From positions 1 to 64,000 of IMG/VR virus record IMGVR_UViG_3300032770_000017: 64,000 nucleotides of DNA, one strand, 5' to 3'. Of the stretch, positions 50,293-59,897 are shown in pieces. Positions within the stretch are counted from its first letter, which is position 1, and every line of letters begins with the position of its first letter. The translations under genes and the position numbers were made by a program. Below the pieces are notes generated by a model, which searched no databases, was not told the origin of the DNA, and was given only the letters and a program-made list of their open reading frames with translations. The stretch is from a virus.

Positions 50293-50955
50293 ATGCGAAC
50301 CAAATCTCCGCTCGTTTACGAGGATGAGCATGGGCAGTGGTGGTACAAGACGGCGACCGGTGCTCGGCAGCGCGCTGTGATACGGAATTGCTCCACCTGT
50401 GGTGAGCAATTCGTGTGCAGGTCAACAAAGGCGAGCCCCTTCTGTTCGGAGGCATGCTGGCGACGTACATGCCTGACCTGCAACACGGTGTTCACCCCAT
50501 CAACGACACGGCAGCAATATTGCAGCTACAAGTGCCGGCGCGGGACGCGCACCTGTATCGAGTGCGGACGTGTGTTTATTACCGTGGCAAACAGCCATGG
50601 GAAATATTGCTCGCAGGAGTGCCACTACAACCACAAGGTGCCGGTTGGGTCCGTCCGGTTACTCAAGCGAACCGGTTACACCATAATCAAGCTCCCCTTT
50701 GGCCGCTATGGCGGGGCAGGTGGCAAATATCGTCGTGAGCATTGGATGCTAGAGCATCGATACGTGATGGAGCAGATAATTGGGCGACCACTTCTCCCGT
50801 CCGAGCATGTTCACCACAAGAACGGCGATCGCGCGGATAACCGTCCAGAGAATCTAGAGCTCTGGAAGAACAAGAGCGGTAAGGGCGGGCATCCCTACGG
50901 CGTTCGTCTTGACGATTATCACTGTCCCGGTTGCCGATGCGGGGAAGATCGATGA
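50293..50955 (+). CDS. HNH endonuclease with tandem CxxC...CS..C zinc ribbons
   Basis: EHRYVMEQ.IGRPL...EHVHHKNGDRADNRPENLELW; TGCTATGAT 7 nt before ATG 50293 (alternative start 50260). Confidence 0.9.
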   Translation: MRTKSPLVYEDEHGQWWYKTATGARQRAVIRNCSTCGEQFVCRSTKASPFCSEACWRRTCLTCNTVFTPSTTRQQYCSYKCRRGTRTCIECGRVFITVANSHGKYCSQECHYNHKVPVGSVRLLKRTGYTIIKLPFGRYGGAGGKYRREHWMLEHRYVMEQIIGRPLLPSEHVHHKNGDRADNRPENLELWKNKSGKGGHPYGVRLDDYHCPGCRCGEDR

Positions 50956-50992
50956 CGTTCCCGAGCGGCGGGACCTTGTTCGTTCTTTAGCG

Positions 50993-51292
50993 ATGCCGTC
51001 CTCCACCGTCGCCGCAGCGCCCGCTCAGAGCCTCACAGAGGCCCCCATCTCGTCGTCGAGCTACACGGTCAACACCGTCTACCCGCCCGCCTCTGGCGCC
51101 CTTGCAGCGGCCCCTATCGCCCTCGCCGCACTGGACACCGTCACCGGCGCGCCGGCTGTGGCTCTAGCCGCGGCCGGAGTGCCACCGAGCCCCAACTCCA
51201 CCACAGCGGCCGTAGCTGCCGGTGCGCTCAGCGCCACGCCTGGGCCGACTGTCGTGACGCCGACCTCCTACGTGATCGGGACGGCGACATGA
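50993..51292 (+). CDS. Ala/Pro-rich small virion protein
   Basis: ORF coupled to next gene; start uncertain. Confidence 0.45.
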   Translation: MPSSTVAAAPAQSLTEAPISSSSYTVNTVYPPASGALAAAPIALAALDTVTGAPAVALAAAGVPPSPNSTTAAVAAGALSATPGPTVVTPTSYVIGTAT

Positions 51293-52575
51293 CCGGCGCG
51301 GTGGCCTTCGGGCCCACGATCACCCAAAGCGGCATCACCCCGCCGCCTGTCTACACACCGGCGATCACCTGCGGGGTCTACGACCGCTCGGGGACGTTGC
51401 TCAAGGCGCTCCCCAACTCCTACAACCGCCACTGGCAGGACCAGCTCAATGTGGAGGGCACCGGCTCGGCGGTGGTGCAGATATTCGACCCGACCACGGA
51501 ATTGATCGTGTCGTGCGACATCCCATGGCGCTCTATCCTGATCTTCTCGATCGACACCATCCCTCGCTACGCCTCGATCATCGAGCACATGGTGGAGAAG
51601 CTCGTCGCCCAGGGCGAAGAGGTGGACGAGACGCTGGAACTGTCCGGGCGCGGGACGTTGGCGCTGTTCGAGGAGGCGGTCTGCTACCCGGAGAACGGCC
51701 TCAGCCGCCAACCCTTCACCGACACCCGCCTGTTCTCCTACGCGTCGATCGACTTCGATGACTCCATGTGGGCCTCGGCCGTGCAAGTCAAGCTCCAATC
51801 GGACCCGACCTCGGGCCTGCCGTGGGACGGGGCGCCACAGGACTGGCCGGACCACAACGCCTATTGGATCTGGGACCGCGCGGTCACTTCCGCCACGCCC
51901 TGGCCGACGGGCAATGTGTACTTCCGAAAGCAGATCACCATTCCCTCCGGTGGCGATGTGGTGCGGTTCTTCATCACCGCCGACGATGGTTTCGAGTTGT
52001 ACGTGGACGGCGGCCTGCTCCAGAGCGACACCGAGGCGTACCTGTGGGGGGTGACCAGACAGGTCGATCTCTTCCTCGACAGTGGGACTCATCTCGTCGC
52101 GATCAAGGGCACGAACCTGTCGCGGGCCTCGTCGAGCACGAACTATGCCGGCATCATCTGCTCGATGTACGTCGCCAATGGCGACGGCTCGCTGGGCGGC
52201 CTCATCGCCCACACCGACTCGTCATGGAAGATGCTTGCCTATCCGCCCAATCCGCCTGGCTACACCGTGGGGCAGATCCTGCGCATCCTCACCGAAGAGG
52301 CCCAGGCGCGGGGGACGCTATCAGGGATCAGTCTTTCGTTCAATGACACCAACGACTCCAACGGCGTTCCCTGGGCGACGCTGGCCGAGGTGCCGATACA
52401 GGTGGGCGACGACATGCTGACCACGATCAAGCAATTGGCTTCGGCCTATTGCGACGTGGCCATGGGCATCGGCACGCCCGTCCTGTTCGCCTACAACACG
52501 CGCGGCAGTTCGGTGAGCACCACCTTCTCCCGCGGCGTGAACCTGGGCGACTGGACGCAGGATGGCGCGGTCTAA
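51289..52575 (+). CDS. Minor tail protein with inserted sugar-binding-like jelly-roll
   Basis: LN..G.GS; AYWIW..YFRK...ITADDGFELYVDG insertion. Confidence 0.75.
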   Translation: MTGAVAFGPTITQSGITPPPVYTPAITCGVYDRSGTLLKALPNSYNRHWQDQLNVEGTGSAVVQIFDPTTELIVSCDIPWRSILIFSIDTIPRYASIIEHMVEKLVAQGEEVDETLELSGRGTLALFEEAVCYPENGLSRQPFTDTRLFSYASIDFDDSMWASAVQVKLQSDPTSGLPWDGAPQDWPDHNAYWIWDRAVTSATPWPTGNVYFRKQITIPSGGDVVRFFITADDGFELYVDGGLLQSDTEAYLWGVTRQVDLFLDSGTHLVAIKGTNLSRASSSTNYAGIICSMYVANGDGSLGGLIAHTDSSWKMLAYPPNPPGYTVGQILRILTEEAQARGTLSGISLSFNDTNDSNGVPWATLAEVPIQVGDDMLTTIKQLASAYCDVAMGIGTPVLFAYNTRGSSVSTTFSRGVNLGDWTQDGAV

Positions 52576-52587
52576 ATGGCCCAGAAC

Positions 52588-52662
52588 GGTATGCTTGAAC
52601 GACGTTGTCCCCGCGCTGCTGGCGCAGCCGGGGACGTGCCCGAACCTTGCTGGAGGTCCGAG
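52588..52662 (+). promoter_or_regulatory. Promoter plus conserved two-hairpin leader (copy C)
   Basis: GGTATGCT; GTCCCCG-C-GCTG/CAGC-CGGGGAC; CGAACCT/AGGTCCG over GGAGG. Confidence 0.75.
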
Positions 52663-53205
52663 ATGGTCAAGCGTATATGCCTCAAGCCCGATTGTGGTCG
52701 TCCGGTGCTCGCGCGGGGTCTTTGCGGTCGTCACTATCAGCAGTACCGCAATAGTCCCGAATGGCAGCCGATGGAGCCTTTGACTGTAGAGCAACGGTTT
52801 TGGATGAAGGTCACCACGCAGGGCAGTATCCCGCCGTTCCGTCCAGACCTAGGACCATGTTACGAATGGACAGGAGGCAAAGGACATGGCGGTTATGCAC
52901 TGTTCCATCCTGTCGCGGGCGTATCCGCTCCTGCTTACCGATGGATTTATGAGCAGGAGAACGGAGCAGTCCCCAAGGGACTTGAGTTGGATCATCTGTG
53001 CCGAAACCCTGGTTGTGTGCGTCCATCGCACTTAGAGGCCGTCACTCACCTGGAGAACGTTCGGCGTGGGGTTGATGCCTACGAACTGAAGGACACCTGT
53101 CGACGTGGTCATTCCATGATTGGAGTGACTCCGTCGAGCGATGGCTACCGCCATTGTCTTGCCTGTCGCCGATTGACGTGGCGTGCGAGGAGGGGAAGGA
53201 CATAG
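52663..53205 (+). CDS. HNH homing endonuclease
   Basis: RFW.KV, C.EWTG, LDHLCRNPGCVRPSHLEAVT..ENVRRG, C.RGH; GGAGG before ATG 52663. Confidence 0.9.
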   Translation: MVKRICLKPDCGRPVLARGLCGRHYQQYRNSPEWQPMEPLTVEQRFWMKVTTQGSIPPFRPDLGPCYEWTGGKGHGGYALFHPVAGVSAPAYRWIYEQENGAVPKGLELDHLCRNPGCVRPSHLEAVTHLENVRRGVDAYELKDTCRRGHSMIGVTPSSDGYRHCLACRRLTWRARRGRT

Positions 53206-54026
53206 CACAGAACGTTCTGACGAGCCTCTTGATCCGATGGGCCGGCGGGTTCACCTCGGTCGATGATGCCGATGGGATCGCGTCGTTCGGCGTGATCGAA
53301 GGGTTCCTGTCGCTCGGCAACGTCATCGACGAGGCCACGGCCATCACGTTGGGGAACGCAGTGCTCGCCGATCAGGCATCAGTGCAGCTCACGCAGACGG
53401 GCACCATTCAGCCCGCAGGGAGTAGCGATACGCCGTATGTCGGTTTCAACGTGGGCGATGTCGTCACTGCGCCCGACCTCTGTCTCGAAGAGGACGTGTT
53501 CCGCGTCCAGACGATCCAGGTGCAGGAGGACCAGGAGGGCAACCCGATCTACCCGGTGCAGGTCGGCACGCAGCAACAGATCCGAGACGTGCGCATCCAA
53601 TCGTGGCTGCAGCGGATGAACGCCGGCACGCTGGCGGGTACTGCGCAGTCGGCCGCCCCGGCTTCCGGTTCCACACCGCCTGCGGCCACCACGCAGGGGA
53701 TCCAGAACGTCTGGCATATGCCGGGCTCGCTCACGGTGATGACCTCCGACGATTGGTCGCCGCCGCGCTCGGGGACGATGATCCGCCTCGACCTGCGCCT
53801 CACCACGGCCGGGTCAACGGCGACCACGGTCATCCTGTCGATCAACCACACCACGGTGATCGGGTCGAGCACGATTGCCGCTGGCCAGAACATCCCGACG
53901 ACGCCCTTGCTGCTTGACACGCCCGTACTCGGTGTGGGTACGCCGAACGCGACGATCATCAACCTCTACGTGATGACGGCGGGGACTGGCGCGGCCGGGC
54001 TGGTGATGACGCTCACCATTCTCTAA
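53202..54026 (+). CDS. Minor tail protein (possible ATA start)
   Basis: PYVGFNVGD.V motif; GGAGG 8 nt before ATA 53202; alternative GTG 53178. Confidence 0.65.
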   Translation: MAQNVLTSLLIRWAGGFTSVDDADGIASFGVIEGFLSLGNVIDEATAITLGNAVLADQASVQLTQTGTIQPAGSSDTPYVGFNVGDVVTAPDLCLEEDVFRVQTIQVQEDQEGNPIYPVQVGTQQQIRDVRIQSWLQRMNAGTLAGTAQSAAPASGSTPPAATTQGIQNVWHMPGSLTVMTSDDWSPPRSGTMIRLDLRLTTAGSTATTVILSINHTTVIGSSTIAAGQNIPTTPLLLDTPVLGVGTPNATIINLYVMTAGTGAAGLVMTLTIL

Positions 54027-56242
54027 TGACGGCGAACTCGGAAATCTATGCATCACCGGATGGTGTCACTTGGACGTTGATGGCTGGCCCTGGCGATAGC
54101 GGAGGACTTGCACTTACCTCGATCGCATGGGACCCCTCATCTGGGGTGTTCACCACAAGCGGGTCGAATAACGTTTACTCAACCGATGGTGTGACCTGGA
54201 CGCTGGTCAGCAACGTGACCAGCCTCTCAAATGTTACGCAGCGTGTGACCTACTCACCGTTGTTCGGGCTTCTCGTTGCGAACAACAACGGCACCGGTGG
54301 CATCACGCCGATGATCGCCACAACATCGGATGGCCACACGACGACATCGCGTGCCCACTACACGGGCGGATCGACGGGAAGCCACACCTTCCGAGACTCG
54401 GTGGACAACGGGTCGATCCTCTGCACAGTTGGGCGGAACCAAACCGGCCTCACCGGGCCAGTGCAAATCAGCGGCTTGGGAACGGTCTACACCGTATCGG
54501 TGGCCACGGGGACGTGGACCGCCAACACGACCAATTCCCCCTTCGGTGCGAACTCCGTCACGAACTCGCCCTTCGGTGACTACACGGCCTCTGCACCGGG
54601 CTCGATCCAGGCGCTCGGTACGGCCATTGGGTGCGACGGGACCACGTTCGCCGCGGCAGGGACCGTCAATGCCAGCAATGGCAGCCGCACCGGTCTCGGG
54701 TTCATCTATACAACGAGCCCCTCCGGATCATGGTCAGCAGGGACCTCTCCCTGGGACTCAAGCACGGTCGCCGTCGTCAACCGTATCGCCTGGGGATCGG
54801 GCGCCGGATGGGTAGCTGTCGGGACGAACGGGCTAACGGGCGCGTCATGCAAAGTCTTATTGACCTCATCGGACGGGCACACATGGACGCAGCAGTCGAC
54901 TCCGATCGATGGCAGCACCAGCGCCGTGCTGAAGGATGTCGTCTGGTCGTCTGCCCTCAGCCTATGGACAGTCGTTGGCAGCGATGGTGCGGGTGACGCA
55001 GTCGTCCTGACATCGCCTGACGGCGCGACTTGGACACGGCGGGACAACGGCGACTCTGGGGTCTGGAACGGGATTGCCTGGTCATCGTCCCTAGGTTTAT
55101 TGGTCGCCGTCGGTCATGTCCTCATTCCTACTGGGCCAGCAATCTGGACGAGCCCTGACGGTTCCACATGGACACAGCGGAGCACGCCCGCCGGTTGGGC
55201 CACCACCGGTGCCGGTGTCACGGTGGAATGGGCGAACTACACCAACGGCAGCGGGACGGTGCAAGAGTTCGTCGCGGCTGCCACGACGACGAGCACGACG
55301 ACCGGCCTCCACCTTGCTCGCAGCACTGATGGCATCAACTGGACCGATGTAACAGGACCACCGACCACGGACAACCCCCAGGCCATCGGCGTGCCCTCCC
55401 CTGGGCTCAGCCTTGGCTCGGCCTTAGCACTTATCACAGATTTCAGCCTGTCAGGTCCCCTCACGATTTACGGCAGTAATGATGGGGTGACCCTGACGTT
55501 GTATTCGGCCACTGATGCCCATGGGCTGATAGCAACCGCCGCGGCCGGACTGATCTATTCGACAATTTCGGGCAAGTGGGTGTTCTCCTCTAATGGCAGT
55601 AATGTGGTCGCGACATCACCTGATGGGCTCACCTGGACGAGCGCCAACCTGACCGGGCTCCTCCAGTTCACGCACTTCAACGCGCTGGCAACGGACGGTT
55701 CCACCTACGTCGTCGGCATGGGCCAGACATCGGGAGGCGGGTCAAACTCGGCGACCGGTTATTCGACCGATGGCGGTGTGACGTGGAATTCGACCAATGA
55801 CTTCGGCCTCAGTGACGTGTGGCATGACTGCGCGTATTGCGGTGGGACCATCGGGTTCGTTGGCGTCGGGACAGCGAACCTGTCTGGCGTCGTTGCTGCC
55901 ACGCTCACCGGAGCAGGTGGCGCAACGTGGTCGGCGCACAATCTGAGCGCCACGTTCGGGAACATCATCGCGCTGGACTATGCGCCCTCGCTCGCGAAGA
56001 TCGTCATGTTGGGCAAGGCGCCCCCGGAGTCCTCCGCGGCCGGCAACCGTGTCGGGACGAGCACCAACGGCACAACCGCCTCAGTCACCGGTTTCGAGAC
56101 AGCCAACCCGTATGCCACCGTCTATGACGTTGCCTGGTCGCCTCAGCTCGGTCTGTTCGTCATCGTCGGATCAGGACCGCCAGCCCCGGCGCCCTCTGTT
56201 CCTTCTTTCATCGTCGGTGAGATCCGTATGCAGGCGGCTTAG
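54026..56242 (+). CDS. Asp-box/BNR repeat beta-propeller fibre or receptor-binding protein
   Basis: Many S.DG.TW repeats; Ser/Thr/Gly-rich; lower GC3. Confidence 0.8.
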   Translation: MTANSEIYASPDGVTWTLMAGPGDSGGLALTSIAWDPSSGVFTTSGSNNVYSTDGVTWTLVSNVTSLSNVTQRVTYSPLFGLLVANNNGTGGITPMIATTSDGHTTTSRAHYTGGSTGSHTFRDSVDNGSILCTVGRNQTGLTGPVQISGLGTVYTVSVATGTWTANTTNSPFGANSVTNSPFGDYTASAPGSIQALGTAIGCDGTTFAAAGTVNASNGSRTGLGFIYTTSPSGSWSAGTSPWDSSTVAVVNRIAWGSGAGWVAVGTNGLTGASCKVLLTSSDGHTWTQQSTPIDGSTSAVLKDVVWSSALSLWTVVGSDGAGDAVVLTSPDGATWTRRDNGDSGVWNGIAWSSSLGLLVAVGHVLIPTGPAIWTSPDGSTWTQRSTPAGWATTGAGVTVEWANYTNGSGTVQEFVAAATTTSTTTGLHLARSTDGINWTDVTGPPTTDNPQAIGVPSPGLSLGSALALITDFSLSGPLTIYGSNDGVTLTLYSATDAHGLIATAAAGLIYSTISGKWVFSSNGSNVVATSPDGLTWTSANLTGLLQFTHFNALATDGSTYVVGMGQTSGGGSNSATGYSTDGGVTWNSTNDFGLSDVWHDCAYCGGTIGFVGVGTANLSGVVAATLTGAGGATWSAHNLSATFGNIIALDYAPSLAKIVMLGKAPPESSAAGNRVGTSTNGTTASVTGFETANPYATVYDVAWSPQLGLFVIVGSGPPAPAPSVPSFIVGEIRMQAA

Positions 56243-56253
56243 GATCACTGGAC

Positions 56254-57054
56254 GTGACCGAGACGTGGATGCCCGGGGTGACCATTGAGCGCGGCCCATT
56301 CGACAACGGCGCCCATGGTGGCCCAGTGACGGCCCACAACGGCATCGTCGAGCACGTCACCACCAACTGGGCCGACCCGGGCCCGTACTTCTCCCAGCCG
56401 ATCAATCAGGCCTCGTCGCATTTCTGGCTGCGCCAGAACGGGGAGATCGTGCAGTTCCTGCCGCTCGAAGTGGCCTCATGGGCACAGGCCGCCGGCAATT
56501 ACTCCTACGTGAGCGTGGAGACCGACGGCGTACCTGAGGTGGCGCTATCGGATGCCCAGGTGCTGGCCTTTGCCGCCGTCTACCGGTTCGTGGAAACCGC
56601 GGCCGGGCTCGGTGGGTTCGGTTACCGCGTGGCCGAGGTGCCAGGGCAGCCCGGGCTCGGCTGGCACGGCATGGGCGGCGCAGCGTGGGGTGGCCACCTT
56701 CAGTGCCCTGGGGACGTCAGGAAGGCCCAGCGGGGCGCCATCCTGTATCTCGCCGGCGGTGCGGCCCCCGCCGTGACGGTGCCGCCGGCGATCTACCCGT
56801 CGCCCACCCTGACGGCGCCGCTGGTGGACTGGCACATGACCGGGTTCTTCCCGGCCGGCGCGTTGCTGCTCACCCAGGACGGCGCGATCTGGACCTTGGG
56901 CAATGCCCAGTACGCCGGAGGCGCCAACACCCTGCCCGCCTTCGCCGGGCGCACAGCGGCCCGGTTCGGCGCGCTCACCGATGCCGAGGTGGCGGCCAAG
57001 AAGCTGTACGTTGTCCTTGACACGGTCGCGGAACGGTACGCTTTCCCTGCCTGA
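56254..57054 (+). CDS. Endolysin, N-acetylmuramoyl-L-alanine amidase
   Basis: EHVT, ASSHF, SWAQAAGN..VSVET, H..CPG zinc amidase motifs. Confidence 0.85.
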   Translation: MTETWMPGVTIERGPFDNGAHGGPVTAHNGIVEHVTTNWADPGPYFSQPINQASSHFWLRQNGEIVQFLPLEVASWAQAAGNYSYVSVETDGVPEVALSDAQVLAFAAVYRFVETAAGLGGFGYRVAEVPGQPGLGWHGMGGAAWGGHLQCPGDVRKAQRGAILYLAGGAAPAVTVPPAIYPSPTLTAPLVDWHMTGFFPAGALLLTQDGAIWTLGNAQYAGGANTLPAFAGRTAARFGALTDAEVAAKKLYVVLDTVAERYAFPA

Positions 57055-57100
57055 CGCCATTCCGCGCGCGGAGAGGGACGGTCAGTAGGGTTAGCCCGCA

Positions 57101-57319
57101 ATGGCCTACGTCCCGTCCCTTGAGGAGCGTAGGGCGGATTTCTGCTTCCTCGTCCGTTCCGTCTTGCCGCGATCCATGGCTGACGCCGTCACCGACCGTG
57201 ATATCGACGAGGCGCTCGACGAGGCGCTGTGGGGCGTCCCCTTTGAGCGGGTCGCCACCGATCGGCTGGGCCCGCTCGCCGATGTGATCGCCGTGCGGCT
57301 GCGGGTGAGGTTGGGGTGA
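57101..57319 (+). CDS. Hypothetical protein
   Basis: Coupled ORF. Confidence 0.5.
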   Translation: MAYVPSLEERRADFCFLVRSVLPRSMADAVTDRDIDEALDEALWGVPFERVATDRLGPLADVIAVRLRVRLG

Positions 57320-57615
57320 TCGCGCTCGTCGCCCAGGTGGGCTCGGCGAGTTATGACCCCCTCGGCATCGGGGTCGTGGGCGTGCTGTTCGTCTCGTTCG
57401 TCGGGTTCTGGTTAGGGGGCAAGATCATTTCGGGTAGGGAGTACGAGCGTGTGCTCCAGATCAACGACAAACTGTCAGCCGATAACGACCGCCTGCGGGA
57501 ACGGTTGATCGACTCGGCAGACAGACGCGAGGAGAACGCCACGGCGCTGAGAGAGACAGCGGCTGTGCTCAGGGACGTGCTGGTCGTGCTGGAGGTCAAA
57601 AGGCAGGCGGGATGA
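57316..57615 (+). CDS. Membrane protein with coiled coil (lysis cassette)
   Basis: One TM plus coiled coil after endolysin. Confidence 0.6.
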   Translation: MIALVAQVGSASYDPLGIGVVGVLFVSFVGFWLGGKIISGREYERVLQINDKLSADNDRLRERLIDSADRREENATALRETAAVLRDVLVVLEVKRQAG

Positions 57616-57806
57616 GCCTGCGCCGCCACCGGGAACCGCAGCCACCACGGGAGATCGAGCACGTCATCGATCGTGACGAGCGCGCCATCCGCGCCCAGGA
57701 GACGGCAGCCGCGCTGATGCACAACGCGCTCGAAGAGGTGCGCAGGGCGATCGAAGACCTGCAGCAGGAGCAAGGAGAGCGCCGCAATGGCACCACCCCT
57801 GAGTGA
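57612..57806 (+). CDS. Hypothetical coiled-coil protein
   Basis: ATGA overlap. Confidence 0.5.
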   Translation: MSLRRHREPQPPREIEHVIDRDERAIRAQETAAALMHNALEEVRRAIEDLQQEQGERRNGTTPE

Positions 57807-58221
57807 CATCCCCGAACTGATCGAACGGATCAACGCCGCCATCGCAGAGTCAGAACAGGCACGGGCGGCCAGTGACCGGGCCACGGAGGAACTGGCCTCG
57901 GAACGCCGCTGGCGGCGGTGGGCGGCCGTGTTCGCCGTCGTCCTGGCCGTGGTGATCATCGCCGTGGGCGTGGTCGGCGTCGTGATGATGGTGAGCGTGC
58001 GGGCCACCCAACGCGACAACCACCGGACGCTGATCGCGATCCAACAGGCCACGACGCCCTCATCTGCGCAGGTGAACACCGCGCAGTCACTGATCACGCG
58101 GGTCGTCAACGAGCCCAACTGCGGGCTACGCGAGGACATCGCGCAGGTCGTGCACCTTGCCGTGCCCTCAGTGCCCGCTGCATTGCCCGCTACGGCGTTC
58201 TGCCCGGCATTCACCCCTTGA
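57787..58221 (+). CDS. Single-TM membrane protein (lysis cassette)
   Basis: AGGAG RBS; TM helix. Confidence 0.6.
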   Translation: MAPPLSDIPELIERINAAIAESEQARAASDRATEELASERRWRRWAAVFAVVLAVVIIAVGVVGVVMMVSVRATQRDNHRTLIAIQQATTPSSAQVNTAQSLITRVVNEPNCGLREDIAQVVHLAVPSVPAALPATAFCPAFTP

Positions 58222-58258
58222 CGGGTGGGCGCGCCCCGAATGGGGTACAGATGGCTCT

Positions 58259-58444
58259 ATGGCAGCAATCCTGTTCCTGTTGGCGTTCATCCTGGCGGCC
58301 ATCCACTGGGGCGGCGGTACCCTGCTCGGCCACCATTACCTTGACGCCTTCTTCACCCTCCTGGCCGCCGGCCTATTCCTGATGGCCATGGGCTGGGGCG
58401 CCATCCCGGTGGCCTTCACCGTGAGACGCCCACCGCCCGGCTAA
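58259..58444 (+). CDS. Small two-TM protein
   Basis: MAAILFLLAFILAAI...; hydrophobic. Confidence 0.55.
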   Translation: MAAILFLLAFILAAIHWGGGTLLGHHYLDAFFTLLAAGLFLMAMGWGAIPVAFTVRRPPPG

Positions 58445-58483
58445 CCGCCGCGGCGCAGATGGCATGGCGTACCATCCGGTGCC

Positions 58484-59599
58484 ATGCCGACCGCTGGCCT
58501 ACGGGGCCGCCTTCCCAAGCGCGAGGGAGCCGACAAGCTCCCCCTGCGCTGGGCCCATGAGTACCTGACCGTTCCCCTTCCGGTGCCGAACTACCCGGTG
58601 GACGTGTCGGGCGGCCTCAAGGATTGGGGCATGCTCGGCAACGACACCTACGGCGACTGCGGGGAGGCTGGGCAACTCCACGTCCAAATGGCCACGGCCA
58701 TCGGCGCCGGGGTGCCGACGCCGCAGTTCAGCACCGAGCAGGCGGTGAACGAGTACCTCGCCTACACCGGCGGCCAGGACTCGGGCGTGGTGCTCGCCGA
58801 CTTCCTGCTCTGGCTCTACAAGAAGGGCGAGATCCTGGCCTTCGCGCCGGTGGACCACGCCAGCCGCGCCAACTGCGACGGGCTCATGGAGATGGGCCAC
58901 GGGCTGTACTGCGGCGTCAACCTCACCGATCAGGACGAGGCCGATTTCGGCGTCCGCCCGTGGGGATCGGAAGGCGACCCGAAGCCGGACAGTGCATTGG
59001 GCCATTGCATTGTGAAAATTGGCGCCGATGGGGCCGAGCAGGACGCATGGGTGACCTGGGGCGCCGTGCAGCTATCGACCACAGCGTGGACCGCGGCCTG
59101 CCTTGACGAGTCGTGGCTCATAGTTACGACCCAAGAGCAGCTCGCTAAGTTCGAGCCGTCGCTGCTCGGCGACATTCAAGCGCTCGGCGGCACCGGGGGC
59201 GAGACCGTCCCTCCCGCTCCGGTGCCGCCGGCACCCGAGCCTCCCCCCACGCCTGAGCCTCCTCCGGCTCCCGAACCGCCCCCAGAGCCGGCACCGCCGC
59301 CCGACCCAAGCCTGCTCGAACGCATCGAGGAGGAGATCGACGCGGTCATCGAGGACGTGGAGAAGATCGCCAAGGATGTGGAGCACTACATCGTCGGCGA
59401 GCCCGTCCCCGCCTTCGGGCCCGGCACCGCTCAGCGCCATATCGACTCAGTGACCGAGCCCGGCCACACGGTCGTGCACGAGGTGGCCGGGTCGGTCGAA
59501 CAGGACAACGTCAGCGGCGCCCAGGCCACCGTGCGGCGCGATCTGGACGGCAATGTGGTGAACGAGTCCATCCGTCCCGTCCCGGGCGCCGAGGGCTAG
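58484..59599 (+). CDS. Papain-like Cys/His peptidase-fold protein
   Basis: MLGND.YGDCGEA, GHCI, VTWG; Pro-rich linker. Confidence 0.65.
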   Translation: MPTAGLRGRLPKREGADKLPLRWAHEYLTVPLPVPNYPVDVSGGLKDWGMLGNDTYGDCGEAGQLHVQMATAIGAGVPTPQFSTEQAVNEYLAYTGGQDSGVVLADFLLWLYKKGEILAFAPVDHASRANCDGLMEMGHGLYCGVNLTDQDEADFGVRPWGSEGDPKPDSALGHCIVKIGADGAEQDAWVTWGAVQLSTTAWTAACLDESWLIVTTQEQLAKFEPSLLGDIQALGGTGGETVPPAPVPPAPEPPPTPEPPPAPEPPPEPAPPPDPSLLERIEEEIDAVIEDVEKIAKDVEHYIVGEPVPAFGPGTAQRHIDSVTEPGHTVVHEVAGSVEQDNVSGAQATVRRDLDGNVVNESIRPVPGAEG

Positions 59600-59602
59600 G
59601 CC

Positions 59603-59893
59603 GTGTTCAGCATCGCCTGGCTGAAGAACGCTGTGCACGTCGTCGTGCTGACCTTCGTTGCCGGTTTCGTCGGCGTGGTGTCGGCAGCGGGCGCCAACGT
59701 GCTCTCTCTGGCCACGGCCAAGGCGGCGGCGACTGCGGGCCTGATCGCAGCGGCGGCGGCCCTACAGGCCCTCCTGGCGCCTCTGATCAGCGTCCCGAGC
59801 GACAACCCGACGGCGTCGATCTTCTCGGCCATGCGGACCCGGATCGGCAACGGCGCGCCGACGGCGGGGCGCCACTTCGCTACGAGCGAGTAG
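59603..59893 (+). CDS. Holin-like membrane protein
   Basis: Two TM segments; W.K.A...V.TF start resembling r1t-type holins. Confidence 0.6.
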   Translation: MFSIAWLKNAVHVVVLTFVAGFVGVVSAAGANVLSLATAKAAATAGLIAAAAALQALLAPLISVPSDNPTASIFSAMRTRIGNGAPTAGRHFATSE

Positions 59894-59897
59894 CCCT

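Noticed and set aside
52576-53214. Group I intron interrupting the tail gene
   Set aside because: The insert is almost fully occupied by promoter, leader and HNH ORF, leaving no room for a ribozyme core; I found no U/G splice junction that restores the frame
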